Shown: positions 18,360 through 31,995 of the stretch, piece after piece
Position numbering within the stretch: position 1 is the first letter of the stretch
Layout of the letters: each line of letters opens with the position of its first letter
Made by a program: the position numbers and the translations under genes
Source: Eledone cirrhosa
Lineage: Eukaryota
Assembly (NCBI GenBank): GCA_964016885.1
Contig: OZ024741.1
Location: 230,516,001-230,580,000, forward strand
DNA length: 64,000 bases
Reading direction: 5' to 3'
The notes under the pieces: generated by a model
Told to the model about the DNA's origin: nothing
Database searches by the model: none
Seen by the model: the letters and a program-made list of their open reading frames with translations, nothing else

Positions 18360-21300
18360 CTAGCAGTAAAGCTCGGCGTTGCTCGGGGCTGCTCAGTAGC
18401 TGTGTAAAAGTTACAATGTTAAGTTCCTTTCTTGGCTCAAAAACTGTAGAGTCTACAGTGTAGACTTTCATGTGGTACTTTTGATTAATATTCCCTCAAC
18501 CAACAGTATGCCTTATGAAGTTAAGAAAACATAACCATAACCCGAATGTTTAAACAAAAGAGGATGCTGGGGATAAAAACTGCACTGGTAATCTATTAAC
18601 AAAAATCGAAAATGTAAACACTGCAGCACTTGTCTCAGAGAAAAACATCAGTGTAACCAAACTATCAGTTATTTTGAAACAAAGAAATTGGATGGACATG
18701 AAAAACAAAAAGAAATGCGTCGAGGGAGGCAGGTAGCATCAAAGAGGTTCGCACCTGTGATAAAAGATATTGACAATGTAATAGCATCGATGTTTAAGTA
18801 TAAACTATGAAGAGCTCATAACATACCCATGGTGAGTTTGACGGGCAGATTATAGACAGCCACAGCATGCGAAATGGACAGCTGCAGCAAAAGCCATATT
18901 CACCAAAAAGAATCGCTGAAATCAACAAAACAGAAATGCTGCTCCCATTGCATCTTCACATGCAATTGAGACTGATGACGAAAGCTTATTTCGACGCACC
19001 AGAAATGCTGTTGTTGCATGTTGTCTATGTCGGAATGCATATTGAAACAATGAAAGAAATGACGGGAACAATCCTTGTATGTATGTGCCAAGTTGTGTGT
19101 GTCTATGTATTAAACGCCGGACTTGTCAGCGACTTGAGGGGCGTCCTTAATAATCGAAAGCATCGATTTCAGAGTGGCTTTGATTTGCCAACAATGCTGG
19201 TCTCTAGAGGCCTAGGTGTCAATAGAATGCACTGCATCGATGTTGAATACAGGTTTCGTAGACGCTATATATTTAAGGCAGTCGGTGTAACATTGCCGTT
19301 TTGAACCCCAAACCCTACAAAACCTCACGGTATACAATATTCTTTGTTTTTTCCGTTTGGAGCCAAAGTAAAGAGGTGGTTCCGGCTGCCAACTCGTAGA
19401 ATTGTCCATGGGAAAAACATGGCTCCTCCAGGTAAAGTCCTCCCACAGATAAAGTCTGACCCTGGGACTTGTTAATGGACATAGCAAAGGCAGCACGAAG
19501 GGGAAATTGGGTTTTTTAAAAGAATAGTGTGCATCCACTCCTGATGTAGTAAGTGTTGCCGTAGGTATTAAAACATCTTCTCCTTTTCCACACCCCGACA
19601 TATTCGTAGCATAAATAATGTGCTGTGACATCCTATTGACAACAAGGCGTGTACCATTGCAAAGCTTGGGAGGCGTTATATTTCTGAGAAGTATAACTGG
19701 ACATCCTTCCTCGAGAGACAAAATATGTTGAGGTAGACCGGGAATATCCAATGAATTGAGGTATTCAGTGGGATAATTGACCGCATCATGTGGATCAACA
19801 TTGGTATCAATAGACTTAAAATCTTATCATTTCCAGGAAGACTTTCAAGCATGTGGTGATTAATGGCGGAGACAGTGACATTTGTAGGAGCTAATATAGC
19901 CCTCTCACACAGCCATGTTTGATTGCGGTAATTATCTGCCAAGTTGGGAAAAACGGCTGCCTTGAGATCTTCGACAGTGTTAACCAGACAGCATTTATTG
20001 TCGAGTGCAATGTCTCCATGCACATCTGAAGGTACTTTGCCGTTGCCAATAATGAGAAGGTCTTCAGCAAAATTTTCAGACACAGTATCGCCATGCAGTT
20101 GAACACGCATGTTAGTGGTCAGATGAAGTGTTGTTACCTGTTGCCACAATGGAGAAGACGTCAGCTCTGATGCCCTTTGGAATAACCGGCAAAGTTTGTC
20201 GAAAGTCCCCTGAAAGCAAAAGAGTTACACCCCCCATGGTCTCCCGACGGTCTCTAATGTCTTTCAGTATTCTATCTAAGGCCTCAATAGCTCCTTTGTG
20301 AACCATGGTGCATTCATGCCACACAATCAGTTGGCACCGTCGTAGCAGTTCTGCTCTCGGACTATCGTTGGTGATGTCACAGAGTGGTATTTCAGCTGAT
20401 ACCAAGTTAAGCGGAAGCTTAAAGGTAGAGTGTGCTGTCCTGCCGCCAGGAAGTAGTGTAGCTGCAATGCCAGATGATGCAACGGCTATTGTGATAACTT
20501 CATTCTGTCTAACTTTGGCAAGAAGAAGTTTAGTAACAAAGGTTTTTCCAGTGCTTCCAGGGGCATCAAGAAAGAAGATACCACTCCATCGATGAAATAC
20601 ATAGTCGGTGATGGTGTTGTATGCAAATTGCTGATCGGGAAGTAGTTTTGGTTCCATTTCAAACACATATCTAGCTAGAGTGTCGACATCATAAGATGGA
20701 TATTTCTTGGATGTTGAGAGTTGGAATTTTATTAGAATCAGTGCGGTGGGTTTGTGGCAGACCGTATGCTGGCAAGGCATTCCCACCCACAAGGAAAATC
20801 CTGTCCTCTATGTCTATTGATGATTTATTGTATAAAGCATCACTGAAATCTACTTCTATGTCAGGAAGTAGTAGTTGAGCCTGGTGCAGGAAGTTCTCAG
20901 ACAGTTGGTTCCGAAACTTCAACCATAATGTGTAGGGATCACAAATGTTACATAAGTGAAGAAGCTTTGCAAAGAGCTCTCGTATTTTTCCAGCTGAGTG
21001 TGATGAAGCGATCTCCGCCAAGGTTGCATCCCATCGTGAGTCATCTTCAAGTATTCCACAAGCCAAACAGGCATCTCTGTATGTAGACCAAACAAGATTA
21101 CCGTAAGTTCTGAGTTCCTGAAAACTTGTCGGTCCTTTGACCTCATGTAGTAGCATTCGAAGATAGAAGCACTCGAGTTGATTTGGAGGAATCGTATACA
21201 CTCGCCCCAAGCAATTAGTGAATTTGATCCCGGGAACTCCAATAACTAGTTGGCCAGTCTTTCTGCGACTCCTTGTTTTTTCATTCCATGTGTAGTATGA

Positions 21301-22632
21301 TGGCACCTGAGCATACAGCAATGATTTTGCAAAGTCATCGCATTCGCACAGTTTGAAAAATCCAGTTATAGTTTTCTCCCTTGGGGTATGTGCCAATTCA
21401 GCGGCATTTTTATTGTTATAGTACATCCGTTGACCGTTTTCTAGGTGTACATCTAATTTTACAATTGAAGGGTACCTATCATGTCTTGGAAAACCGAAGA
21501 TACGCCAAAAGTCCTCGCTACTACTTATGTAACGCCCTACTTGGAATTGCGTTACTTCGTCTCTATTGTTTTCGTTGAGTATACCGAACGAAGCAACGTC
21601 AGAACCTTTATTAACATACTTACATATGTATTTGATGCACTTGATTGTCTGTCTGCACACATTCATCGCCTATATCAACACTCTGCACGACTGTCTGCCA
21701 GCACAACTTTATCGCCTATATCACCGCTCTGCATGACTTCTGTCTCCACAACTTTATCGCCTATATCACCTCTCTGCACGACTGTCTGTCTGCACAACTT
21801 TATCGCCTATATCACCTCTCTGCACGACTGTCTGTCTGCACAATTGTATTGCCTATCACCTTTCTGCACGACTGTCTGTCTGCACAACGTTATCACCTAT
21901 ACCACTTCTCTGCACGATTGTCTGACTGCATGCCCCCATCGTCTATCAGCCCGACTGTCTGTCTGCACAACTTTATCGCCTATACCACTTCTCTGCATGA
22001 TTGTCTGTCTGCATGCCCCCATCGTCTATCAGCCCGACTGTCTGTCTGCACAACTTTATCGCCTATATCACCTCTCTGCACGACTGTCTGTCGTTTAAAA
22101 TCATTGCTTCTAAATGAAAATCTCATAAGGTTATATTCAAGATCAATGTTTTTTACAAAATATTTGCTTATTTTACGGTGTATTCAAATAGGCTTGTTTT
22201 CGAGTAAAAATATTGTTTTAAAAGACTTTTTAATGGAAATGGAGCAAAATGGAAGCTTAATGTTGAAACTTCGAAAAATGAATTTTGCAGGTTAAAATTT
22301 TGCTGGTCCGAAAACTGTTCGCGTATTTTTGTACTTTTGCACGCGTCGTTTATTCGTAACGTAAATAGGTAAACAGAAATACGCCATAAAAGGGAAATAA
22401 CTCGTCTCTCATCTCTATTTATACATTTGCACTGACAAATCAATACATTACAAATTCGATTTTTGCACTTGGCGTGGGTAGATTTGAAATTTTTTTTTAC
22501 CGTTGTCTCGTCGGATCTTCGTCTATAAGTGTAGTAATTTCACCGAAATTTGAACGTACGATTTAGGAGGAGATGTGTGCCGACCGTTTTAGTAGAAAAA
22601 CAGATAGACAACCTCAGTTTTATATATATAGA
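18360..22632 (-). mobile_element. Helitron, internally deleted, both termini present
   Basis: Minus strand starts A|TCTATATATATAAAA (22632) and ends in a GC hairpin then CTAG|T (18360). Rep KYICKYVNKGSD and Pif1 helicase motifs LDAPGSTGKT, GGRTAHSTFKLP, LLLSGDFRQTLPV, LTTNMR, RAILAPTN, LCNGTRL. Frameshifted. Confidence 0.93.
21645..22092. repeat. 46-bp minisatellite inside the Helitron
   Basis: Unit ctgcacgactgtctgtctgcacaactttatcgcctatatcacctct (period 21774 to 21820), with about 10 units including shorter variants. Confidence 0.93.
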
Positions 22633-23060
22633 TGTAGATATAGATATAGATAATTGTATATAAATGTGTGCGTATATGAATGGGTATGTGTACGTATGCG
22701 CGAGTGTGTAAGCCAGCGTCCGAATCGTGTGCTTAATTTGCTGTGTACCTGATTAAGTATTTATGTGAAGATGTGTGTATGAAACATACTAAGGCGTAAC
22801 GTACGTTACGAATGGAAAAACACACACACACTCAGGCACATACACACTCATATAGAAAAAGTGACGTCGTAACCGTGTTATAAAATAGTCTATAGTAGAT
22901 TATTTTAGATAAAGTGTTATACTGTTTCAATCCAAATGAAAATAATAATGATATGTTGTTACTCCCGGGGTCTGATACAATTACCTTGTAATATTTGATT
23001 TGATTTGGCCGAGTCATTTTGGAATGTATAAGGAAGTGACAAACAGACAGAGAAACAAAG

Positions 23061-23088
<28 letters not shown>

Positions 23089-23095
<7 letters not shown>

Positions 23096-23835
23096 GATTT
23101 GAATGGATACAGTTTAGTTGAAAGGAATTTATTGACACGTGTTTCTATAACAGTTACATAACCTAAAACAGCTATCTACAAACTTTTAGTTATGCAGACA
23201 TTCAATATTTCAATGTTATTATTTACTGTCATTTCATCAGAATAATATTACTGAGGACCTATTTAGTTTTTATAGAGAATATTAGGAGGGAGGGGTGAAG
23301 TTGTTAGAAGAATAGTTGAAGGAGTGGTTTTTCGATAGCAGTGAGAATTCTTGGTGGCAGTGAGTAATTAGATTCCCATCTGTTGTTTTGACATTTTTTA
23401 TAGAATATATTATTGGTTATTTTTCTAAATCTATAGAAGGATTAGAGATAGTAAAGATATGCGTGGTTAGTTTTGTGTTTGCACTTAACATTCAGACTTA
23501 AATTTTTCTTTCAAGTGTACGTATTCTCTCACCCACGCATTCACACACAAATATATTTGCACACCTCTACAAAATACATATACTCACAATTCACATATTC
23601 ATACTTACATATATATACACATGCATACACATATATATACACACATGTATTCATGTACATACATACGCGCTCATGTGTATACATTTTCATACTCTACTTA
23701 TCTTTATATATACACACGTATAGACACACACATATATACATACATACTCTAGTCCATGTGTACACACATACACATACATACACATCCATATACACATACA
23801 TACATACACATATATATATACATACATACATACAC

Positions 23836-23874
<39 letters not shown>

Positions 23875-24763
23875 CATACATATACATATATACACATATA
23901 TACATATACACACATATATATATATATATATAAGCACTTTAATACATGAATACACTTACATCTAACTATACACATCAAACATATATATATATTTACTTAT
24001 TTATATACATTTTCACATATATATACATACTTATGGACGTTTTTAGACACATTCATTATCGCATATTTGTACCTATTCTCATCAGCATATCTTTTCATTA
24101 TTAGTATGGTAATTTAAGGTTATTAATATATGTTGAGAAGAGATTGTTTTTATATTTTTCTAACTAGATTAAGGTTTATATAGTTGGGGGATGTCCCTCT
24201 TTTATGTAATATTCTGCTTGTAGTGGGAAAAAAGGGTTTTAGTTCTGTGACGGCAGAATAATGTTCGTTCAATTCTGTTATTCAGCAGTTTCTTCTTGTG
24301 TGTGATTATGTAATAAATCTCAAGATTACACAATTTGCAGAAATTTTGGCTCCTGGAAAAGCTTTGGGTTTTAGCTAATTTTTCCCATTTTAGGGTAAAC
24401 TTTTGATTGCTATCCCTGAGCGTCCAAGCTTTTTCTGCTAAAGTTGTTACATTTCTTTGGCTCTGGTGTTTTATTGAGTAAGAATGCCTATACAATCGAG
24501 ATTTAAACGATGTTGCCGTTGATCCCACGTAATACCACTCGTTGCCTCCGGATTTAATGGTACACTTATAAATAATATTTTTTTCCAGGCAGTTATTGCC
24601 GAGGGGGCAGTTGTCAGGATAGGTGCAGTTACAGTTGTGTACGTTGGGTTTTCTCTGGAGTAGTATTGCGGACGAACTTAGGTGTGGTTTATTTATGTTC
24701 TGTAGTGTATTGTCTACTGTTTTTTTGGGGTTCTTTGTACTTAAGTTCTTAGTGTTTTCGTTT
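23089..24763 (-). mobile_element. 3' part (GIY-YIG + UTR) of the Hydra-like PLE, cut by the duplication junction
   Basis: Matches 46386-48060. ORF 24202-24789 has CNC...CPL..NC, IIYKC, YVGST, CKLC, CRH. Confidence 0.93.
23129..23245 (-). ncRNA. Hammerhead ribozyme motif (copy in duplication unit 1)
   Basis: Reverse complement of the motif at 51001-51117. Confidence 0.65.
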
Positions 24764-25599
24764 GAAACCGACGTCAAGCAATGTGACATATCTGCATCTT
24801 CTCATTTCGCTATCTACTTTTCCCTGCTGCTGGCATATGTCTTCCAATAGTTCGAAATCGGTGTATACTTGCGAATTAAAACCGCTGGCAATGTATTTAA
24901 TCTAAGATGGTTTAACACATTTGGCACTCCTGTTAGTAAAGTCTTGTATGATGATGCTGCAGATTTTGTGGCACACACGGTAGAGTATATGCAATTGATA
25001 TGTGGACAACTTCTCTAACGTATACACTGTTTAGGGAATACATTTTAGTATAAAAAAGAAAAAAGTCATGTACAACCCAACAGTTGGTGAAGTGTACGTG
25101 GAGTCAGACATTTTCGTGAGAGGATCAAACATCAGGTGGTGAACAGTTTTGTGTATCTTGGAAGTGCACTTAGTAGAGCTAGTACTCTTGATGTTGAAAT
25201 AGATCACAGGATTGCGAAATCGAGTAGTGCCTTAGGGAAGCTTAAGAGGTGAGCTTGGTCAAATTAGGGTATCACAGGTAACACAAAAGTCTCTGTGTAC
25301 GGGGTCTGTGCTAGTACAGTCCTGTTCTACGGATACGAAACGTGGACAACTTACAGGCATCACCTCAGTCAGATGGAAATATTTCATCAGCATTGTATCC
25401 GAAGTATCCTGAACATGAAGTTACAGACCAGATGCTGCTGTACTTGAGAAGGAAGGCAGCACCAGTTTTGGGAGGAGTGATATTATGAACCAGATGAGTT
25501 GGGAACGTCATGTGATCAGAATGGAAGAGAGAAGGCTGCCTAAACAGTTATTTTATTGGGACCCGACCAGATGAAAAACCACAGCATAAACCAGAATAC
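24764..25599 (+). mobile_element. Duplicated distal part of the degenerate RTE (copy of 1455-2290)
   Basis: Offset +23309. Confidence 0.85.
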
Positions 25600-26864
25600 A
25601 GGGACATAGAGCACCTCTTCTTGAAACATAAGCAGGGTGGCATTGGCCTAACATCTGTTCAGACAGTATTTGAGTGTCGCAATATATCCCTCCGACAATA
25701 TCTACGAACCTCCGAGCGTAGGTGCCTATCTATTGAACAAGTATGTCTGCATGAAACAGATAAGACCATGAGAGTTGAGAAAAAAAAATATACTTCCTGC
25801 ATGGTAATCAGAAACTCACACCCTAGGAAATTGCCCAGCAATACCGCAGTGAATTCATGGAGGGAAAACTGTATGCTTATCATGCATGGGTATTTTGCCA
25901 TGGATATGTTGCCTGATAAGCAAAGTAGTCTATCTTGGACCAGCAACCACTATATTGGCTGTCACTTTGAAGGATACGATTTCACAATCCAAGAACAGGA
26001 AACCAATACGAAATAACTGATTCACAAAAGAGATGGAATGCACGCAAAACACTTAGATGTAACAACAAAATGTTGACACTGCAGAATTAACATCTAAGAT
26101 GTCAACCATGTCATAAGCAGCTGTTCAGAGATGTAATCAGGGTAGTATCTACCTATGAGGCATGATGAAGTGGCCAAACAACTATACAATACAATCTATA
26201 TTAAAAGTTACAGCAGTGTGGATGACATATACATACATAATATGAAAGAGTGCTTGTGGAATGTTCCAGTCAAACGCCTCCCAAAATGTAAGAATAATAG
26301 ACCAGACTTAATGATATGGGACAGGGAAAAGAAGGCATGCGCAGTAGCGGAAGTAAGCTGCCAAGCAGATGCCAATATAATATTAAAGATTAACGAAAAG
26401 GAGAATATTTATGCAGAACTAATGAGAAGTCTGCAGATACTCAACCCTGACTATACCTTCAGATTTATGCCTGTGATTATTGGGCCACTGGGATATGTTA
26501 GTAACTGCCTCAATACAAATCTTGAGAAGCTAGGCTTCACAGGAACAGAAAGAACACAACAAGTTAGGAAATTACAAGTACAATCCATTAATGGAACAGT
26601 AAAAATATGTAAAACATTCCCAAACTTCTGCATCTAATAACTGCATATACACATGTACAGATACAAACCATATGCACATGCACACATACAGCTCGAGACA
26701 TATACATACACACATACAATAACATCCATACTTGCACACACATGCATGCATGCAGACATACATACATATCTACCTAGTTGATGTTGTGTAAATTCCAATG
26801 AGAGAGTCTTGTGTCTATGTTAGAAACCGACTCTCTCTCTCTATTGGCAAAAATTTGTGAAATT
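25599..26864 (+). mobile_element. R4/Dong-like LINE fragment, copy 2
   Basis: ORF 26155-26637 is identical to 2846-3328. Confidence 0.8.
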
Positions 26865-26904
26865 ATAGTGGGACCAGAAGAAGATACAAAAATGCATACA
26901 TACA

Positions 26905-27842
26905 TGTTGATTGATACTTCTTGTCAGAAGAGTGCCATCCCTTCATCGTACATTGTACGATCATGTGCATGCAGATGACTTTTCTGACACACTTTTGTTT
27001 TGCAGATACGTTCACAGATGTGACACTTAAACTGTCTGTCTCCCTGTGAAACCGGCTGGGGTGTGTTTTTATGCATTTTACCATGTCTTGTCAGACCGCC
27101 CGTTGACCTGCTAATTATGCAAATATGCCGTGGAGTGTGTGGCTATACAACCATCTCACAGTTGGCTCGATTTATTCTTGGCTCGTAGGATTTCAGATGG
27201 TTAACAAAACCAGCTCGTGTTAGATGAAATCGGCCACATACATTGCATCTCAATTCCTGCTGGATTTATGCAGGCATTGTACTTGAGTCCCTGCTTATGA
27301 AGGGAATTCTTCAAAACAGCATGCTCCACTCGCTTTTTCTCAAAGACATCATATTTATATTTGATCATCTTTCTCCATGATGTACGGCCTTCAGCCAATC
27401 TCCCAGTTCTTCATATCAATCTTCAAAGATTTAAGATTGTCTTTTATGACATCCTTAAACCACTTCTTTGATTTATGTTGTGGCCTTTATCCTGTAGTCA
27501 GCTCCCCTTAAAACAGTTGTTTAAGCAGCCCTCCATCTTCCATCCTGGCCACATGACTAGGCCAACGCATCCGGTTCATAATAATCCTCCTCTCAATACT
27601 GCTGATATCCGCTTTCTCAAATACCGCAGTATGAGGTGTGTAAGAGGACCACTTGATATTCAGGATGCCTCGTATATAATGCTGATGAAATCTTTCCACG
27701 TCCTGATATGATGCCTGTAAGTTGTCCATGTTTCGCATCCATATAGCAGGGCTGTAATAACACAGACCTCATACACAGTGAGCTTTGTGTTTTTCGTGAT
27801 ACCCTGATTTGACCAGACTCGCTTCTCAAGCTTCACGAAGGC
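26905..27842 (-). mobile_element. RTE 3' fragment, copy 2
   Basis: Offset +23309 from 3596-4533. Confidence 0.85.
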
Positions 27843-28555
27843 ATACATACATACATAATTTTGTTCGTCTTTTCTCAACATCTCATCAATCATTCCTGCA
27901 AGTCAACACTATCTCCTGTGCTTGGAGGTGACTTTTCAATACAATAACAAAAAGCTCCTCCCAGCAAATGGCAACACTCTAAAATAGTACTCACCATAAG
28001 AGGTGACTGCTAACACATGTACTACATATCCCCAGTGGGCGAAACTACAGAAGTGACAGTATTTCATTGGCGCAAATTCATGTAATATTCCAATAACTGA
28101 AAGAAAAAAAGCCCAATGTCTGTATGACGCCAAGGTTTCAGATTCCTGGATTGCATTGAGTGGAGAGATAGAATGACATATGAGGTGCTTGCAAAAGAGA
28201 TATGTACATCAAAGATTATAGTGACAAACGCTTGTATACGACGAATGGTACTCTATAAACCTTAGCGATTATAATCTGTTGAAAAGCTTAAGCAAGATGA
28301 CCATTAATCACGTAAACCGCGGGTTTCACTTCAGTGTTTTCCTTCTCTTACTAGAATATAGTAACTGCTGTTACTATATTCTACTAAGAGAATGTTATGA
28401 GTCCTAAGTTTTTTTAGGTAATTTATTAGGAAATATATTCTCATTCTCTCAACCATCCAAGCAAAAATGACCTTACATACATAATACATTCATACATACA
28501 TACTTACATACACACACGCACACACGCACATACATACATACATGCATATATACAT

Positions 28556-28963
28556 GGTGGCTGCCAACTCGTTTTCGAGTACGGCCACTACTTTATATCC
28601 ATGTAGGAGAACCCCTACTGATGCGCTGAACGAGTGTGACTTTTTAGTCCAGCCATCGATTTGAAAACTCTGGTACAAACACTACACTTGTGACAATTAC
28701 TGACACATAGTGCTGGGCTCATGGTACCATGTGACGACAAGTGCAGAGAGATCTCCAGATATAAAGCAATGCCTGTGCCGTGAAGCTTTTATAGTGAGCA
28801 AGGGCATTGCACAAAGCCAGTCCCACTCTCTTAACCAAGATGATATTTACCAAAAAGAAGAACACGTCAACATCATTGGATACCATCAGGGTTGCAGGTG
28901 CTATATCAAAGTTTTCCTTCTCCTAGAATTCTGCCTTGACAAATGCTAAGGGGTCATCTCTCC
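28556..28963 (-). mobile_element. Bipartite RTE-derived element, copy 2
   Basis: Offset +23309 from 5247-5654. Confidence 0.55.
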
Positions 28964-28997
28964 ATACATACATTCATACATACATAGATACATACAT

Positions 28998-29087
28998 GAT
29001 GGCTGCCCCTTCGTTATCGAGTATGGCCATTGCACGAGGAGAAAGAAAAAAAAAAAATAAATAAATAAATAAAAAAAAAGAAAAGAA

Positions 29088-29130
<43 letters not shown>

Positions 29131-31995
29131 CATACATATATACACACACACACATACATACTCACACACACATACATTAATAACAATAATAATAATAATA
29201 ATAATAATAACAATAATAATAATAACGACAACAACAATAATAATATACATATACATATATATATACACACACACGCACACACACAAGCATATCTACACAC
29301 ACACACACACGATAGCAACTAACAGCGCTGCGATCGAATGTGGCTTTTTAGCCCAGCAAATGATCTAAAATGTCTTGCACAGAGTCGGAAACCAAAACAT
29401 TTACTGGAAATAGTCGGCTGTGGTTGGAGTTCGTGTACTTTTGCATGTCGCTTGAGCGAATGTAAATCCTGCTGATTTACATTCTCTACCACATGTTTGG
29501 CAAGCATGATGAGTAGCATCTGCAACAGCAGCCTGGTAGTCAACCACTGGTCTTACTTTATGACTGCGAAGATGACTTTCGAGTCCAGCTTTGCTTAGGC
29601 AGAGTCTCGCACATACGCTGCATGTCAGCACCATAGGAGGACCCTCGCCGTCTGGAAGTGCAACAGCAATGCCCTTCCTCACATCCCGCTTTACTTTCTC
29701 GTATGCGATACGAGATGCCCCAAAGGCAACTTTTCTCTCATATACAGTCTTACTCCATTTATTACGATCAGCAGCAATATTCTCCCATGTATCAGCAGAG
29801 ATGTTAGCGTCTTTCAGAGAGGCTTTCAAGGAATCCTTATACCTCTTTTTTGGGTTATGTGGCGGTCGTTTTCCTTTAACCAACTCTCCATAAAAGAGTT
29901 GTTTGGTATTCTAGAATCCTTCATCCTGGCAAGGTGACCACTCCAACGGAGTCGTTGCTTAAGCACAAGAGCTTCTATACTGTCACACATAGAGCTTTCC
30001 AAAATCTCGACATCACCGATGTGGTCCCTCCAGTGAACGCCATGGATCCGTCTGAGACACATCTGATGGAAACGCTCCAATTGCTTAAGGTGGTGTCGAT
30101 ATGTGACCCAGGTCTCGCAGGCATAAAGAAGACAAGAGAGCACACATGCCCTGTACACCTTTGGCCTCCTGCATATGTCTCGCCGACCCCAGAGTCGCCT
30201 ATCTAGCTTTCCGAAAGCATCACTTGCTTTCCTAATCCTAAGTGAGATTTCACTGTTAAGGTTGCTGTATCGATTGACAGTGCTTCCCAGGTAGACAAAC
30301 TGATCAACCACTCCAAGTCGTTTGCCATACACATAGATGTTTGGTTCAGTGTACTGCTTACCAGGGGCAGGTTGGTACATGACGACGGTTTTCTTGAGAC
30401 TGACAGTCAGACCTAGGGCAGTGCAAGCGTCAGAAAATGCATTCAAAATGTGCTGCATATCACTCTCTGTGTGCGCTACAAGATCGCAATCATCTGCATA
30501 CAAGAGGTCTCTTATGATTGATGTAAATACTTTTGTCTTCGCAGCAAAGCGCCTGATGTTAAATATGCTGCCTGAGGTTCGATATCGGATGTAAACACCA
30601 TGCTCGCAATTCCTGAATGCAATACAGAAAACCATTGCAAAGTATATGGCAAACAGGGTCGGTGCTGGAATATCCCCCTGTTTCACTCCATTTTTTACTG
30701 AGATAGGCTCCGACATGTTACCCCCGACATTAACCCAAGCCTTCATGTCGTCATGGAAAGACCTAACTAAAGCAAGGAACTTATCAGGGCAACCAAGTTT
30801 CTGGAGAACCTTCCCCAATGCATCTCTGTTAACAGTATCGAAAGCTTTTGTCAGATCGACAAAAACCTGATACAGATCCAAGCCTTGTTCCATGCACTTC
30901 TCCTGGAGCTGTCTAGCTGAGAAGATCATATCAGTAGTGCCGCGTCCAACACGAAAACCAGATTGACTTTCAGGAAGGACACAATCTGCAATGTGTGTCA
31001 GCAGACGGTCCAGAAGCACCCTACATAAAACTTTCCCTACGACAGAAAGCAATGATATACCTCTGTAGTTCCCACAATCGTTCCTGTTACCCTTTCACTT
31101 GTACAAGACCACCATTACTGCATCTCTCCAGTCCTCAGGTACGGATTCATTAGCCCATATCCTGCCAAACAAAGAGTGAAGATGTTGCAGGAGTCTATCA
31201 CCACCATATTGTAGGACCTCAGCATGTATGCCATCCATACCTGGAGATCTTCCACTGTTCAGCTTCGAAATAGCCACTGCAACCTCCATAAGCGTCGGAG
31301 GTTCTGCGAGAGCTACTTTCACAGGACTTTCTGGAATGAGATTGAGGAAATCTTCACTGACGACAGACGGCTGATTCAAAAGATCATCAAAGTGCTCTCG
31401 CCACCTTCGTAGAATTCCTTGTGAGTCACGAAGAAGTTCTTTGCCATCCTTGCTGCGAAGCGGTGTCACCAGAGGAGAAGACGGTCCATAAACCTCACAC
31501 AAGAGACTGTACAACAGCTTTATGTTATTGGAATCAGACGCAGTTTGTATCTCACCAGCCTTTTCACTCCACCACTGATCCTTCATCTGAGAAAGACTCC
31601 GCCTAACACGTGGTTTTACATCCCTGAGTTCCTCATGCAACGTATTCCTCTCCTGTGGTTTTGCCGTCAAGTAGCGTGACAGAGCACGCCTCTTATCAGC
31701 CAACAAGTCTTCTATATGTACATCATTCTCATTAAACCAGTCCTGATGTTTCCTCTGCGCCAATCCCAGAACACGCCTGCCTACATCATAAACCGACTGT
31801 TTAAGGGTCGGCCAACCCTCACCAAGATCTGCAGCCTGCATCTCTTCTTCCAATGTCCTCTTCACATGTTTATCCTTAAGACGAGCAGCATTCAATCTTT
31901 TGGGCAGGGCAACACCAGGAGCCCGGATTTTACGTTTAGTGATTAGTTTCACTTTTGCGCGTACCAGGCGGTGGTCCGTCCAGCACTCAGCTCCA
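28998..31995 (-). mobile_element. RTE-clade LINE, copy 2
   Basis: ORFs 31095-32066, 29826-31052 and 29401-29883. One amino acid difference (PKVY vs PKLY). Confidence 0.95.

Noticed and set aside
21645-22092. Regular repeats resembling a CRISPR array
   Set aside because: There are no unique spacers and no cas genes, and the context is eukaryotic. It is a minisatellite.
23473-23978. Many YI/HT/CV-rich ORFs (also near 5637-6009, 11263-11715, 50274-50773, 56205-56957, 63253-63823)
   Set aside because: They are translations of microsatellites that lack stop codons.
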